Shown: in pieces, positions 51,351 to 64,000 of the stretch
Numbering within the stretch: position 1 is the stretch's first letter
Layout: every line of letters starts with the position of its first letter
Assembly (NCBI GenBank): GCA_050575255.1
Contig: JBNZDD010013726.1
Span: 8,939,408-9,003,407, forward strand
Reading direction: 5' to 3'
DNA from: Harriotta raleighana
Taxonomy: Eukaryota
DNA: 64,000 bases
Position numbers and translations under genes: made by a program
Notes under the pieces: model-generated
Database searches by the model: none
The model's input: the letters and a program-made list of their open reading frames with translations, nothing else
What the model was told of the DNA's origin: nothing

Positions 51351-54300
51351 AGAAATATATTAAGAGAAAGAAATTGGTCAAGGGGAATGTGGATTGTATA
51401 TAATGAACCAATAGGGTCTAAAACAAGGCATCTTCTAACTGGATTTCTAAATAGGAAAAACAGAAGTACATCAGCTCTGACATAATTTATTTTCGGAGTA
51501 GAGTTCTAAGGATTGGTGTCATTGGGTCATAGCTTGAGTTATTGGAAGAAATCTCCAATTCGATTTCTCAACATAAAGATTCTTGGTGGGTGTTATTCCA
51601 TATTAGGACCTAATATTTCCCTTTATCATTTTTCAAGCTTTTCATTATGTAAAATGATCAAAAATATCCCTTTGAAATTCAGTTTAAGGAATTTATTTAT
51701 CTGAAAAATTGCAGATAATTTTACAAATGAAAGATTTACATTATCTTGGTGTTATTATCTACTATTTGTTGACCTTTTTTGGTCATCATTAGATTTGAAA
51801 CATTTCATTTGTCTTACCTTTTTATTCAACCATTTTGGCCGGAGTCTTTCTGGTTTTCGGAGACACATGTTGTAACCAAACCGTTTATTGCAACTTCAAT
51901 CTAAATTAAAGGAGAAAGAGACATAGAGAAGTCATTGTTAGTTAATTAAAGCTTTCTTTACTACAAGACATTGAAATCTTAAAGAGACATAAATGGAACG
52001 TGTATTTTGCACAGCCACCATAGTACTGTAACTGGTTATGACCAGACAAACTACTGCTGTTTGTGGCAGTCGAAGCAACAAAAGGTTTTATAGTTCATCA
52101 AGGAAACCAAATGACTATCATATTGTTATTCTTATGGAATGTACTTCAAATCAAAATCTTGTCAGTCCAAGTCACCATTCGACATCTTGTACGAACCAAT
52201 GCAGCTAAAAACTGGTCCATGGCTTTGTGACTTCCCAGTTGGACTATTCCAATGCCCTCCTCAGCGCCACCATTCACAAAATGCCATTGATTGGATTTTA
52301 GCACAAATGCCCAGGCAAAGGGGTTTCAGTGTCAAAGGAAGGAATAATGATTTAGGCTGAATCACAAATTACAATTTGCAAAAAAAAAACATCGAGTCAA
52401 TTCTGCTTCAAAAAATTGCATAGCCTTGAGCTTCGTTTTTTTTTACAATGAATACCGAGATACAATGTTATGAGCTTGACTGCCACTGTAATCTCCTTTG
52501 AATAATCCAAATACATTGAACATAGTGACATGGCTGTGATAAATGAAAGAGAATACTGGATGTAGCCTTCACTACTGGCAGCTTTCAACACTCCTCTGCA
52601 CACGTTGATAAAGACTATCTATACTTTTTCTCTTCTCTTCTCCTGAAGGGGATGACTTTTGCTGGAATATAGTTTCAGAGGCACAGGCAGCTTTCCAGTG
52701 CTTCATTAAAATGTCTCTTCACCATTCTCTTAATATGTGAAACCAGACAGTTTGGGCAGACTGTTTGACAGTGGAGGGCATCACAGCTGAGCCTAACCTT
52801 GTTATTATCCTGTGTCCACACACTTTCCTGCAGGAGACACTGGTAGCAATGAGAAGCAAAATCTGGGTGGATTTTTTTTTCTTTTCTCTCCCTTAACTCT
52901 TCCAGTGGTAAAAATTCTGCCCTCATATTATTCTCTTAAATTTTCTCAGAATTTCTCATGCTTCTCTCTTATCTTCTATTCCAGCTATAACAACTCTACT
53001 TTTCCTATTCTTAGCATATAACTTGCTATCTGTGAACCTAAATATGTAGCCTTTCAACATTACATACTCAACAAAGTCTGGTTTTGTGCTCTTTGAAACA
53101 ACAGAATTCTCGAACACGCTGTTTCTTTACAACAAGATCAACAATGACAACTTGCATTTACAGAGCATTCTTCATACAGAATAGAGTCTTGGAGCACCAC
53201 ACAGTGGTGGGGTTGGATTTACAGGATACACTGTAAAGCAGATTGATTGCATATTTTGTTTAATGGACGAAATGTAGCAGCCAATGAGGCATAAAGCAGA
53301 GATTTAAATTTTGATATTCAGTAACATATTTCTATCAAATAGATCAAATACCAAGCTTAACAATTAACATCGAAATACTTTCTGAAGAGCATTTTTTTGT
53401 AATTCCAATGAAGTACTGCAACATTTACAAAGGTAAAGGCCCATTAGACTAAGATTTACGTATATAACCTTTTGTGTTCCACCACTGCTATGATCAAATA
53501 ATGGATTCAATTGTAGTTGTTGTGTTAAATAATGCCATACTGGATGCAGATTTTGCCTCTGCGATATGCATTTATAGCATTCCACTCCCTATGGATGACT
53601 ACCCTTTTTTATATTGAGGCATTAAATTGGGTGCAAATGACATTAAAGTAAATGGATTAAATGAAGCCTGCAGCTCCCAAAGCATGATGTAGTTGAAAAA
53701 TAATGTCAGGAGGTGGCAGCATTCGCTCCAACAGCACCAGGCAGGATGAAGCTTATTTATATAAGTGAGTGGGATTGTTCAAAAGGTAGCATGCTATTTA
53801 AAACCTGTCCAGAAATTGCCTTCGCATGGATGTCAACTGAATGGGAAGAGGATGACAATGAATCAAGCGCTCCGGGACACCACCCTGAATGAGGGACACT
53901 ACTGTATATAAATGCATATTGGATTGGAGGTTAATACAACAACGACTTGCACTTATACAGTGATTTCCCTACAGGGAGAAACCAAGGATTCCGGTGTTCT
54001 TACATAACCGCATTATTAAGAATTATTAAATATATATCATGCAAAATAGTTTAAAATCTGAAAGTGTAAAATGCATTCAGGTACAGAACTTAGTTGAATA
54101 TTCCGGTAAATGTTAAGTTTCAATTAGTTTACAGTGTTGGAGATACTCCTGAATATTATACTCTTTAATTTAGAAGACTATCTAGCAGAATATGAATTTG
54201 CAATAAATAGCTTGAGATATTGTATTTTATATGCCTATTGAGACCTATTGCAAATTGTTCAAATGTCTGATTAATTATCACTAAATATGGATACCTGTTT

Positions 54301-55239
54301 ATATTAAAATCTTCCAGATTGAATGGATATTATCAGCCAGACAACTATAATCCTTACTAGGTAATTGTCTCTTATAACTGTAATAGTACAGTAATATTTA
54401 ATTTAACCATTTGAAGATAGCAATGTCATTATTGCACCAAAAGCAATGTTTATTTCAGAAAGACTATGACATATAATTAAGAATGCTGCTCAGTATTAGA
54501 CATAGAAGTGTTTTCCTCTTTCCTCTACTTTCCTCGGTCACACTGTCTGATTTGTTCCACCTTCCAGTTACCTCTGCTGCCTTACACAGATATAAATACC
54601 TAACTTCTCTGGCAATTTCTGAGCAGAGGATGGCTTAGTGTTAGGCTGGCCATACAATACTGTCTGATGCATGAATGGTCTTGCGATAGTGTCAGTAAAA
54701 ACCCTGGGGATAATCACATTCAGTTCAAGCTACCCTGACGTGACCTAAATGTAGTTTCTACAGGCTTATGAAATAAAATAAAGAACCTTTTTCTAAAGCT
54801 AGGATCCTATTAGAACATTTCCAAATGCTCGCTCACCCTTATTTCATCTAAGAAGCTTTTAAAATTTAGTGAATTAATTAAGTCTGGCATAAGTGCATTT
54901 AGTACAGCTCAACTCTCATCAGTTTTGTTAACCTCCACAATCTGGAATAGGTTCTGTGTTAGCCTATCATTTTTGACACTAACAGAACATCTGGAATGAG
55001 GAGATAGGCTGCAAGGAGAAAGAAAGACACACACATATGTGCACACACATACACACAAGGATGACCACTTTTTACTGGATAGGTTGGAGCTGATTTTTCT
55101 GGATTGCTCAACCTTCCCTAATCTTCTAAAGAGCACAGTGTATTCCCCCTCTAGCAAGGAAATATGTAAGATTACTGGATTGGAAGGGATCATAGATGCG
55201 TGAACATTAACAAAACGCCAAAAATTGAAGAAGTAATTG

Positions 55240-55395
55240 ATGATTAATCCTTGCAAGTGAAGACGCGTCCTTATCACGTCTTTGAGAATTCTCAAAGCGC
55301 TTTGCAGAATGTACTGTAAAGTGAATTGACTGTATATTTGCTGGGTGAAATGTGGCAGTCAATTGCGCACAGCAGTGTCTCACCAACAATCGTGC
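55240..55395 (-). mobile_element. SINE 3' fragment (another on + at about 56925-57018)
   Basis: aatccttgcaagtg..ctcaaagcgctttgcagaatgtactgtaaagtgaattgactgtatatttg..caattgcgcacagcagtgtc. Confidence 0.85.
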
Positions 55396-58300
55396 AGTTC
55401 ATTTGTTTTCCTACTCATCCTCTAACTCACATCTTACTACAAACTATGGGAGCTAAAATGTAATCTTTACAACCCAGTTTTGTGGTGTGAGTTGTGACTT
55501 TTGATTGCGAAAATCAGAGAGATTTGCAAAAGGTCAATTGTCATTCAACGAACCTTCAGTTTATGATCATCGCTTATACATTCCCACTGTAACTAAAATG
55601 GAGATTTACTCTATTTCTAATTGAGATATTGCGTAATGTACAGTATATCTGCAGTAGAGGACATCATTCAGAGGGACAATTAAGTTACAAATTGATGTTT
55701 AGCGGTAGGTTATTAAAGCAAAACAACCAAGCCAGATATATATTTTATGAGACTTAACTACTCCCATCTGGTCTTAACTGTGTCTGAAGATTTTATTGTG
55801 GCTAGACTGCCCTGAAGAAAAATAAATGACTTGGGATTTAATACTGCACACAGTCTTTTGTGCATGTTTTGCTCTTCTGCTCTCACCAAAAGGTGAACTG
55901 TGACAATGTATTGATTTTATTTTGCTAACCATCAGTATTAGTAAGGCATGTTCTTTCAAGCCAGAACTCAGCAGTTTTCTTCAATTGAATAAAACAGAGC
56001 TGCTGAGCTCTGTGATCTATCAACATATAATATCATTAGCTGAAATATGCCCATTTGCCCTTTTTAAAAAAACACTATTTATCTAATGTTCCTGTTTCAT
56101 GTTAACCCGTCTTCAGGACAGATGGTTAATGAAACAACAATTTAGATTGTTCGGTTTGCAGGTTAGAAAACAATTTATTTCTACATGTAATTTAGAGACA
56201 TTCCTACAAGGGAAAAAATAGCTCTGCTAGCATAGAATACTGCAATTTGTAATGGTATTTTTTTTAATAAAGAATATGAGTGGAGTTTATCACAGAATCA
56301 TAAGTGGTTTGGATAAAGAAGGACCTCTGGCTCATTTCATCTAAACCTTCCAAAATACCCACTTTACCATGTTTTCATTACAGCACAGACCTAAGGGTGT
56401 CCTTCATTCAAACCTATCTTCCTGCCCCATATTATCTACTGTTTGAAGTAGCACTCCCTTTGCAAAGAGAAAGCAGTCTCACACAGCTGTGCCTTGAAAG
56501 GATTTGCTAACTGCAGCCTATTTTTATTAAGGGGGTTGCTTTCCCTTGATTGCTTTACAGAGAAAAAGAACCCAACAAAATCAAAAGACACATTGTAGAA
56601 AGCATTTTTTTTAGTAATACAGCATCAGAATTCTGTGAGAAACTCAGGGAGCTGTTTTACCTTTTGCAGGGAGTGTATAGAAACTAGCAATTTAAAAGAA
56701 CATTTTTCTCCAGAATGGCAGGGCAGACTTATAGGTGAAGGTGTAATTTTCCTGAGGGGAGAGAATATTGTCGCAGTAGAAACATGTCTAACTCATTAGG
56801 TTTCCATCATACAAACCCCAGTGTAGTTTCATTCCATACTTATGATAATAGCCCCACAAATAAATTCAGTGATTTACCTCCTGACTTTTAGTGGGCATTA
56901 CTTGGTGCAAACTTGCTTTCGTATTTATTTACACATACAGTCACTATACCTCAAAGTAAAAACATCTTGGAAATATCTCAATGATGTGATAAGGCACTAT
57001 ATCAAGGCTTATTATTATAGTAACAGTAAAGCAAATTGTTGGCATTACGAGAAACCTGCTGCCTGTTCCCCTTCCATTTATTGTGTAGAGAATAAATGTG
57101 GGATAGGAATGGATTGGAAAGTAATATTCATGGGGGTGTCACGTTAAACTGTGGCAGTGCAGTTTGACAATGATCTGAAGTGCATTAAAGCAGTGAACAC
57201 ACTGCTCCAAGGATTTGAGACTTCATTATGGCCTACCATGTTTTGTGTGCAGTTCCATATTTTAGGAGAGACATTCTGATACCAGTAGCTGGCTGAGTGA
57301 AGAACTGATATACTGTACTCTCTTTTAGGGAGACAAGCATCTGTTATATATATATATATATATATCATGAGATATTTAATGAATATGACCCCAGGAGTAC
57401 AATATCTGTATGTATTTTCGATTACTGTATTCACAACTCGCATTCAAACATGATTTACTGAACTGGAAGATGCTAAACTCATCATAGAATGTCTGTGTTT
57501 TTATATGAAGTATATCACAAGAAATATTCTTTGATTGCAAACTATGTCTGCTTGAGTCTCAGCTATGAAGCATAAATTACCCAGAATGTAATACAGATAA
57601 GATATATTTCAAGATCAATAGCATATTTGTCCAGTGAAATAGAATTACAGCAGAGATTGAAGGACCATAAATCTTTTTTATGACCATGTATAATTTCATC
57701 TGCCAAGCAATTATATGATTAAAAAGGTTAAGAAATTGATACAGTCTGTAACGTTTTTCTTGCAGAATCTTAATTTACAGCAGCCCCTAAAACAAGTTAC
57801 TAAACTGGAAAGTTAAATTACAGGAATGATACCCCTTATTAAATAGATTCCAAATTGTGAGAGATATTTTGCCAACCTTTTTGAAGGTAAAATATTTAGA
57901 AAAACATTGGTTGTTGAATGCACAGTTATCTTGACTGATACATATATAAATTAATCCTCTTGTAGACAAAAGGGGATAATGATCTTTACTGTTACAAACA
58001 GTACGTCAAAAATGCAAGAGGAAAATTGCTCAGTGTGATATGTTCATTACTATCTATAGTGCTAATTAACACATGAATTAAAATTGGCGACCTGATGTTA
58101 ATTAACACATTGACTGTATCCCAGGTAAAATGAAGTCACATCTCTTCGTGTCGTCTTCACCACCAAAACCCTTTTCAATTGTTGCTTGAGAAGACAACTG
58201 GTCAATGTGTTAATTAACTTAAGGTTATTATTGTCAATGCATGTTCTGTATTAATAAGTTGGTGATAATTAACACATGACAGGTTTCATCTTTGAATTTC

Positions 58301-58603
58301 AATGAATCAAATATTTATTTTGCTAGTGTCCTTTTAATATGTTAATTCAACAATGTGGAAGCTGGGATTTGATAATTCTATGTGGATAATTTCCACAATT
58401 TTAAGTGTGGACAAATATCCAGAGTCTATGGGAATGAGTGTTGGCCTCAGCTTAACCTCTCCAGTATGTTTCAATCTGTTAATGTAATCTTCAAGGTATG
58501 TAATAGACACTGTAATAGCTTTAGTTTGTTTTCTTGTACAGTAGTCTTAGGCTGTTTGATATGGTTTAAATCAATATCCATTTCTCTTCCAAATGCTCAT
58601 TTT

Positions 58604-58890
58604 CCCTGTATTTGGTATAGCACTTTTCACATCTATTAGACATCTCAAAACGCTTCACGGAATATGCTGTAAAGTGAATTGACTGTATAAATGTGGGCGA
58701 AATGTGGCAGCCAATTGCACACAGCAGGGTTTCACAAACAGTTGTGGATTGAATTGACCAATTTTTTATTGGGGATTATTATCAGGCACGTGGAGTAAGG
58801 AAACTTGCCCAAGTTTTCACCCTGCCTGGAATTGAATCCAGATCTCTTGCTTTGAAGGAGAGTGCTCCAAACACTGAGGTACAGGATTCC
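58604..58890 (-). mobile_element. Near full-length tRNA-derived SINE
   Basis: Complete family body in reverse orientation with A/B box head. Confidence 0.9.
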
Positions 58891-60659
58891 ACAACTTTAC
58901 ATTAGCTTCTCACACTCATTTCTGTTCCTATTCTTGATGTTAGAAATACGACTGAACAACACCAACAACTTGCATTTGAATAGGCCGCTTCACATAATGT
59001 AGCGGCTTGAAGCGTAAAATTTACATATTTAACAAAATAATTCAATTTGGCTTCACAAAAAGGTATTTGATTAGCATTATTAAATTGAGCTCTAAACATG
59101 TCTTTAAATGCAATTCACAAAATACTGGTAGCATATGGTGGATTAGGAGGCCTAGTAGATATAAATCAATGTTTTCTCTTGAGCTTGGATTCAGTCCAAA
59201 GCACTTTTGTGCTGTAGGTCCAGCCTATTTGGATCTGAGTTGAGATTGCTCCCTATCATTTCCTATTTGTCCCCAATTAGAGACCAAAAGCAAAACACCA
59301 GAGCAAACCTAACTGCAATCACTCAGTCTCTCAACAATGTTATCAAACCTAATTATGTTCCATGGTAAGAGATAGCTCCGCATTGACCAGTGACAAGTAA
59401 CAAAATGTGGGTATTTATGTCCTATTTCTGAAATTTACATTTTTTCCCTTCAGAATCACAGAAACATAGTTTCAGTTTACAAATCCATGACTTCTCATTT
59501 TTGAATTTAGTTCAAAACGCCAGAATTTTATGCGAGGTCTTTATGTAACTTCTTCTGAAGACCATTTGAGTGTTTCCTTTGACCAGATGTCCTTGCCTTT
59601 CTGTGTGAGCTTTGTTAGCGGAATATCTGATGAACTGTCACAGTTTGCCTGCCAGTTTTAATCATATATATATTTCCTAATACACTTGCTTCTACGAAAC
59701 AGAGTGTCAGCATTCGATTGATTAATTCTTGTTCTGATTTTTTGCTTCGGGGAGTGTTCTATCTATAGCTCTGCAATCTGGGATTTTAAACCTTTTTTCA
59801 ATTCAAGAAGTTGCCTTCACCAATTCTTTCCTATTCTAGAGAGATCTGTAATCACTTTTGCCTTGTTTAACTCAATCCACCACATTTCAATCTTATATTT
59901 TAAAGGGAAAATAATTAAATTACTTTAAAAACGAATTTCCCAGTTAACTCACATTCAAAATTGATAGATAATAATACAACATGCATATAGTTTGACTGCA
60001 TGAGGTATCTTTATCAACTCAAGGGAACTGTTGGATAAGGCAAAGGGCAGTCTATTTGTGAATGGAACAGATTGGTAGCAGGATATCAGAGTGAAGAGGA
60101 ACAGGGAGGTTGAAGCAATCTGGTGGGAACTGGGAACCACCACAGTTCAGGCAACCAGCAAGATTAATCAATTGTTAATAGCAAGTGGAGAGTCTGTAAA
60201 CCCGATGCTGTCGTGAAAGCAGGCAAGCACTTTTGACAATGCCGCACAATTGATTGTTCAACAAGGCTGAAAGTCAAGGAATATGAAGAGTGGGAGGGAG
60301 TGAAGAGAGTTCCTGAAGTGGATCAGAAATTGCCTACATCTTGAAAAGTACCTTGCAGTGTGCTACGCTCACACTGCAGTGTTAGAGCCAATGTTATTGA
60401 CATTGTACGTGAGAATTGAAGTTCCAACCACATTACACCACGTTCCGCTCACGTATATACACACTAACTCACTTTACAGTGGATTTGGACATATGCTTCC
60501 AAACTATATCAAATTCCATTCTCCATTGGCTTGGTGAGAACTGAGTTTGAAAAGGGAAATGTGAATTCCCAATCAGATTGTGGCCATACCAGCTAGCATG
60601 CCTTCTGTCTGATGTCAGTTTAACACACTGTTTTTACTTCAATTTTGCTTTACAAAAAG

Positions 60660-61266
60660 TAATAATAATAATCCTTGCATTTGATATAGCGCTTTTCATG
60701 TATTTAGATGTCTCGAAGCGCTTTGCAGAATACTTTGTAAAGTGAATTAACCATATATTTGTGGGTGAAACGCAGCAGCCAATTGCACAGAGCAGTGTCC
60801 TACAAACAGTCATGGATTGAAATGACCAATTTATTATAATTTATTTTCCTTAAGGGATTATGGAGCTCTTGTGGCTCAGTGGTTAGAGCACTCGCCTTAC
60901 ATGCCTTACAAGCATGAGGCCTGTGTTCGAATCCAGGCAGATCAGGGCGAAACCTTGGGCAAGTTTCCTTACTCTACATGCCTAATAATAATCCCTCCAA
61001 AAAAAACCTACAATAATAAAATTGGTCATTTCAATCCATGACTGTTTGTGGGGGGGGGGGGGACGCTGCTGTGCGCAATTGGCTGCCGCGTTCCGCCCAC
61101 AAATATACAGTCAATTCACTTTACAGTATATTCTGTGAAGCGCTTTGGGACGTTGATAAGATGTGAAAAGCGCTATATCAAATGCAAGGATTATTATTAT
61201 TATTATTATTATCAGGCGTACGGAGTAACAAAATGTGCCCAAGGAAGCAAACCCAGGTCTCTCTTA
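60660..61266 (-). mobile_element. Host SINE (- strand) split by a nested SINE
   Basis: 60660-60860 (tail to gggatta) resumes at ~61208 with ttatcaggcgtacggagtaac..gcccaagg..aacccaggtctctct. Confidence 0.85.
60861..61210 (+). mobile_element. Full-length SINE inserted antisense into the host SINE
   Basis: tggagctcttgtggctcagtggttagagc..gttcgaatcc head, complete body, (TTA)7 tail. Confidence 0.92.
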
Positions 61267-62916
61267 TGCTCTATATGTACATTATTTCAATTTGTTCACT
61301 AATATTACAAAGAAATGTACTCAAACTTGGATTCTATTTTTTCCCAATCATCATTTTAGTGCATTCGGGTAATATTAACCCCAAAACACCAGAAAGCCGG
61401 GAATAAGTATGGCATTAAAATTGTCTCTTCTGAGCTTTAGTCTTTCATTTGGGATTTGTTCTAAGAATGCGATCTGGTAGCTGTTTCATCACAAAAGTGC
61501 AAGCCAAAAAAGTGCTTGCTGCAATGGAGGATGTTTCAAACACTTTGCGGGATTTACTGTGAAGTGTAGTTACTATGTTTTTCTTTTGTAAGTGAACGCA
61601 GCACAACAATGTTCCACAAACAGCAATCTATCTTGTTCAGCAATCGCCTTGTTATTTTGACATGAAAAATTACTTTCCACAACACTGAAAACGACCTTGT
61701 AGCACTTGTAATGTCTGAACAGCATCTGGGTTTTTGGAAAGGTTTTCATGAAGCTACTGGTTTTGTGTGCTCATATAAATCCAAGTCCAGGATGTTTACT
61801 TCAAACAGATGCCTTAGGTTTAAGTAACAGCAGTAATAGTCACTCAAATCTATCACCAACATAAGTTGCGTCATTTCATAGATGACAGTCTTTGCTGCAA
61901 GGACATAATCTGTACTATCTTCTCTAACACCTGAGCCCTGTTAGCTAAGCTTAGTTTAATGTCCCAACTCAGGCCAGTTAACTCAGCATGAGCAAGGCAT
62001 TAAAACCCAAGACCTTGTGATCTTTGCAACAGGATTCCCTGAATACAATGGATTTAGCTAATGACACCATTTGCAGTACGTCATATTACGCAGTTATTTT
62101 AAATCAGCAATAAATTAAATTAAAGTGGAATCAGGCTGCCAGAACAGAACAGAAATAGACATTTAAAAAAATCAACGCATTTACACACAACAAGCACGAA
62201 TAAATAAAAATGTATATTAAAGTCTTGTGTACGTGACTGTTGCACATGTTGATCTTGTTTGAGTTACGTCTCAGAGGTAGCAGAAAGGAGGGAAGGAGAG
62301 AATATTTTGACTATTCTGCCTATGGTAAGTTCTATGGTAAGTTGAATTTTGGCAATGTCATCAGGAAGGTTAGATGTCCCCAGGGCTGTTCCAAACTGGA
62401 TTTTTCGCACTAGTTCAAGCGATGAAACATACGAACAACGGGAGATTAAGGTGTGTCATTATAGGACGGGGGAGAAAAGTGGCAAACGTGTAAAATCGCA
62501 CACAAGAAATGAGTAGGATTTGCTGAAACAAAAACATGAAATGCATATATAGGCCAGCAGCAGCTGCATATCTTTTAATGGAACACAGAAAAAGATTGCA
62601 ATGCAGCTCCTTTGATATGAACCTTTACTCAATAAACAAAAATATTAATTTAGTAGGAAAATTAATACTCTTTGAACTGATGCACATGATAGTTAAGGAT
62701 TAAAATGTGATTTATGTCAGTAAAGTGGAGTGTGTATGTGTGTGTGTGTTTTTTTTTACACACACACATCCATAAGCCTCTTCCTTCACAATAGCATTGC
62801 AGCCAAAATGAAACTGCGACTCAGACAACAGGAATTACCACCAAACTGATAAATTTCCCAATAATTGTAACAAATAAAGTACATATCGTTTAACAATCTA
62901 ACTGTATATTTCTTAC

Positions 62917-64000
62917 CTGTTCCATATAAGGATGATTGTTTGCAAAATCCATCAAGGTTAAATGTACCTCTATGACTCGATGATCTTACTGTAGTCCAAT
63001 ATCACTCAGTTTTTCTGTGAATTCCTACAAAGGAATGCTTGGCACAACTTCTTGTCGTTTGCATCCAGATAGAAATATGAATTTGTTTCTTTTCTTCCCT
63101 CCCTATGTTCAGTGTTTGAGTGTCAAAATCAGTGTCTCTACTATTTCAAACGTTGAATTGTTCCTCTGAATGTAACTCATCATGGTCTTTTATGGAAAAC
63201 CTTTCTTTCGATTGGATTTTTGAAACGAAAACTATACGAGTGGGTCCTTTTTGGTGCTGGTCATCTTGCCTGTAATTAAGAACTTCACTGCTGCAGTTTA
63301 CCTCGTTTTTCTCTTATTGGCAATACTTTTCTAACCTTTTTGTTGCCCCACAGTTTGTGTGAAAAGCACCTCTGGTCTTTGTCGGCAATTTTCTTTACCC
63401 CTGAACAATTTTTCCAGTCTTCTGATGTTTTCACAGAGTAGAGCTTTGGGCATCACTGGAAATGATGGAATCACATGGTTCTTTCTTTGAATAATGCAAA
63501 ATGAATTTAGATCCCAAAAGCTGACTTGAATCATTCCTTACAAGCGCTCAAAAAGCCTTCCACTCAAATGCCTACGTTTGTACACGTTCTCAAATCTTTT
63601 TTTGTTGCAAATCTGATTTTTGTGCCGTCTCAGAGTCTAGCATTTTGCTTGAGATTGCATTTGTTTTAGCTGGAGAGTGTTTTGGCTGTAAAGTTACCAG
63701 TGTGAGCTGTGTAACCCACACACTATCCAATGTGTGTGAAGGGAAATGTACCTGGTTCTGATTCAGAACTCCACTGGTTTAACAAAAAGTGTTTCCTCAC
63801 TGATTCGGGAGACATCTCATCGCCAGCGTTTCACCGTCTCTGGAAATACGCCAAATTCCAGACATAAAGCATATGAAATAGAAATAAATCTGAAGTGGAT
63901 ATCATGCTTCTGTACAGAAGCGGTTGTTTTTGTCTCCTGCACAGCAGAAAAGTTTAAAGCCATTCCTTCCTTCATCCACAAACACGTTGTACAGGACTAT
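62917..64000 (-). pseudogene. Decayed large exon resembling the C4orf50 coiled-coil region (runs off the window end)
   Basis: A-rich, coding-like minus strand with stops and frameshifts; *ALVRN/IQVSFWDL..HVIPSFPVMPKALLCENIRRLEK versus recalled KALISELGVSYKEL..DMIRAFxGENEHLLxRIRVLERE; ends at the strong donor CAG/gtaaga. Confidence 0.4.

Noticed and set aside
35000-64000. JAKMIP3 coding exons (C-terminal FLFLFLFFSLAFILW)
   Set aside because: Not found in the window on reading; presumably further upstream, so no JAKMIP3 CDS is called

Overview
Vertebrate genomic DNA, most likely from a cartilaginous fish; Callorhinchus milii is inferred from the tRNA-derived, L2-tailed SINE family, the CR1/L2 mix and the compact introns. 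On the + strand are the last four coding exons of STK32C (182-4609). Facing them on the - strand is a complete DPYSL4/CRMP3 gene: 13 shared exons (14428-25646) plus two alternative first exons, a short one (30088-30129, 575-aa product) and a long CRMP-A-type one (32636-32995, 681-aa product). All exons are GT-AG and phase-consistent. Upstream of DPYSL4 (35-64 kb) there is no intact ORF. That region holds a candidate 3'-terminal UTR exon (JAKMIP3 expected by synteny) and decayed minus-strand coding remnants resembling C4orf50, possibly a fossil ohnolog in the JAKMIP3-DPYSL4-STK32C paralogon. The window also has many SINE/L2/CR1 copies (several nested), a Kolobok-like MITE, microsatellites, and duplicated segments around N gaps that are assembly artefacts. 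Homology calls rest on recalled protein sequences; no searches were run.
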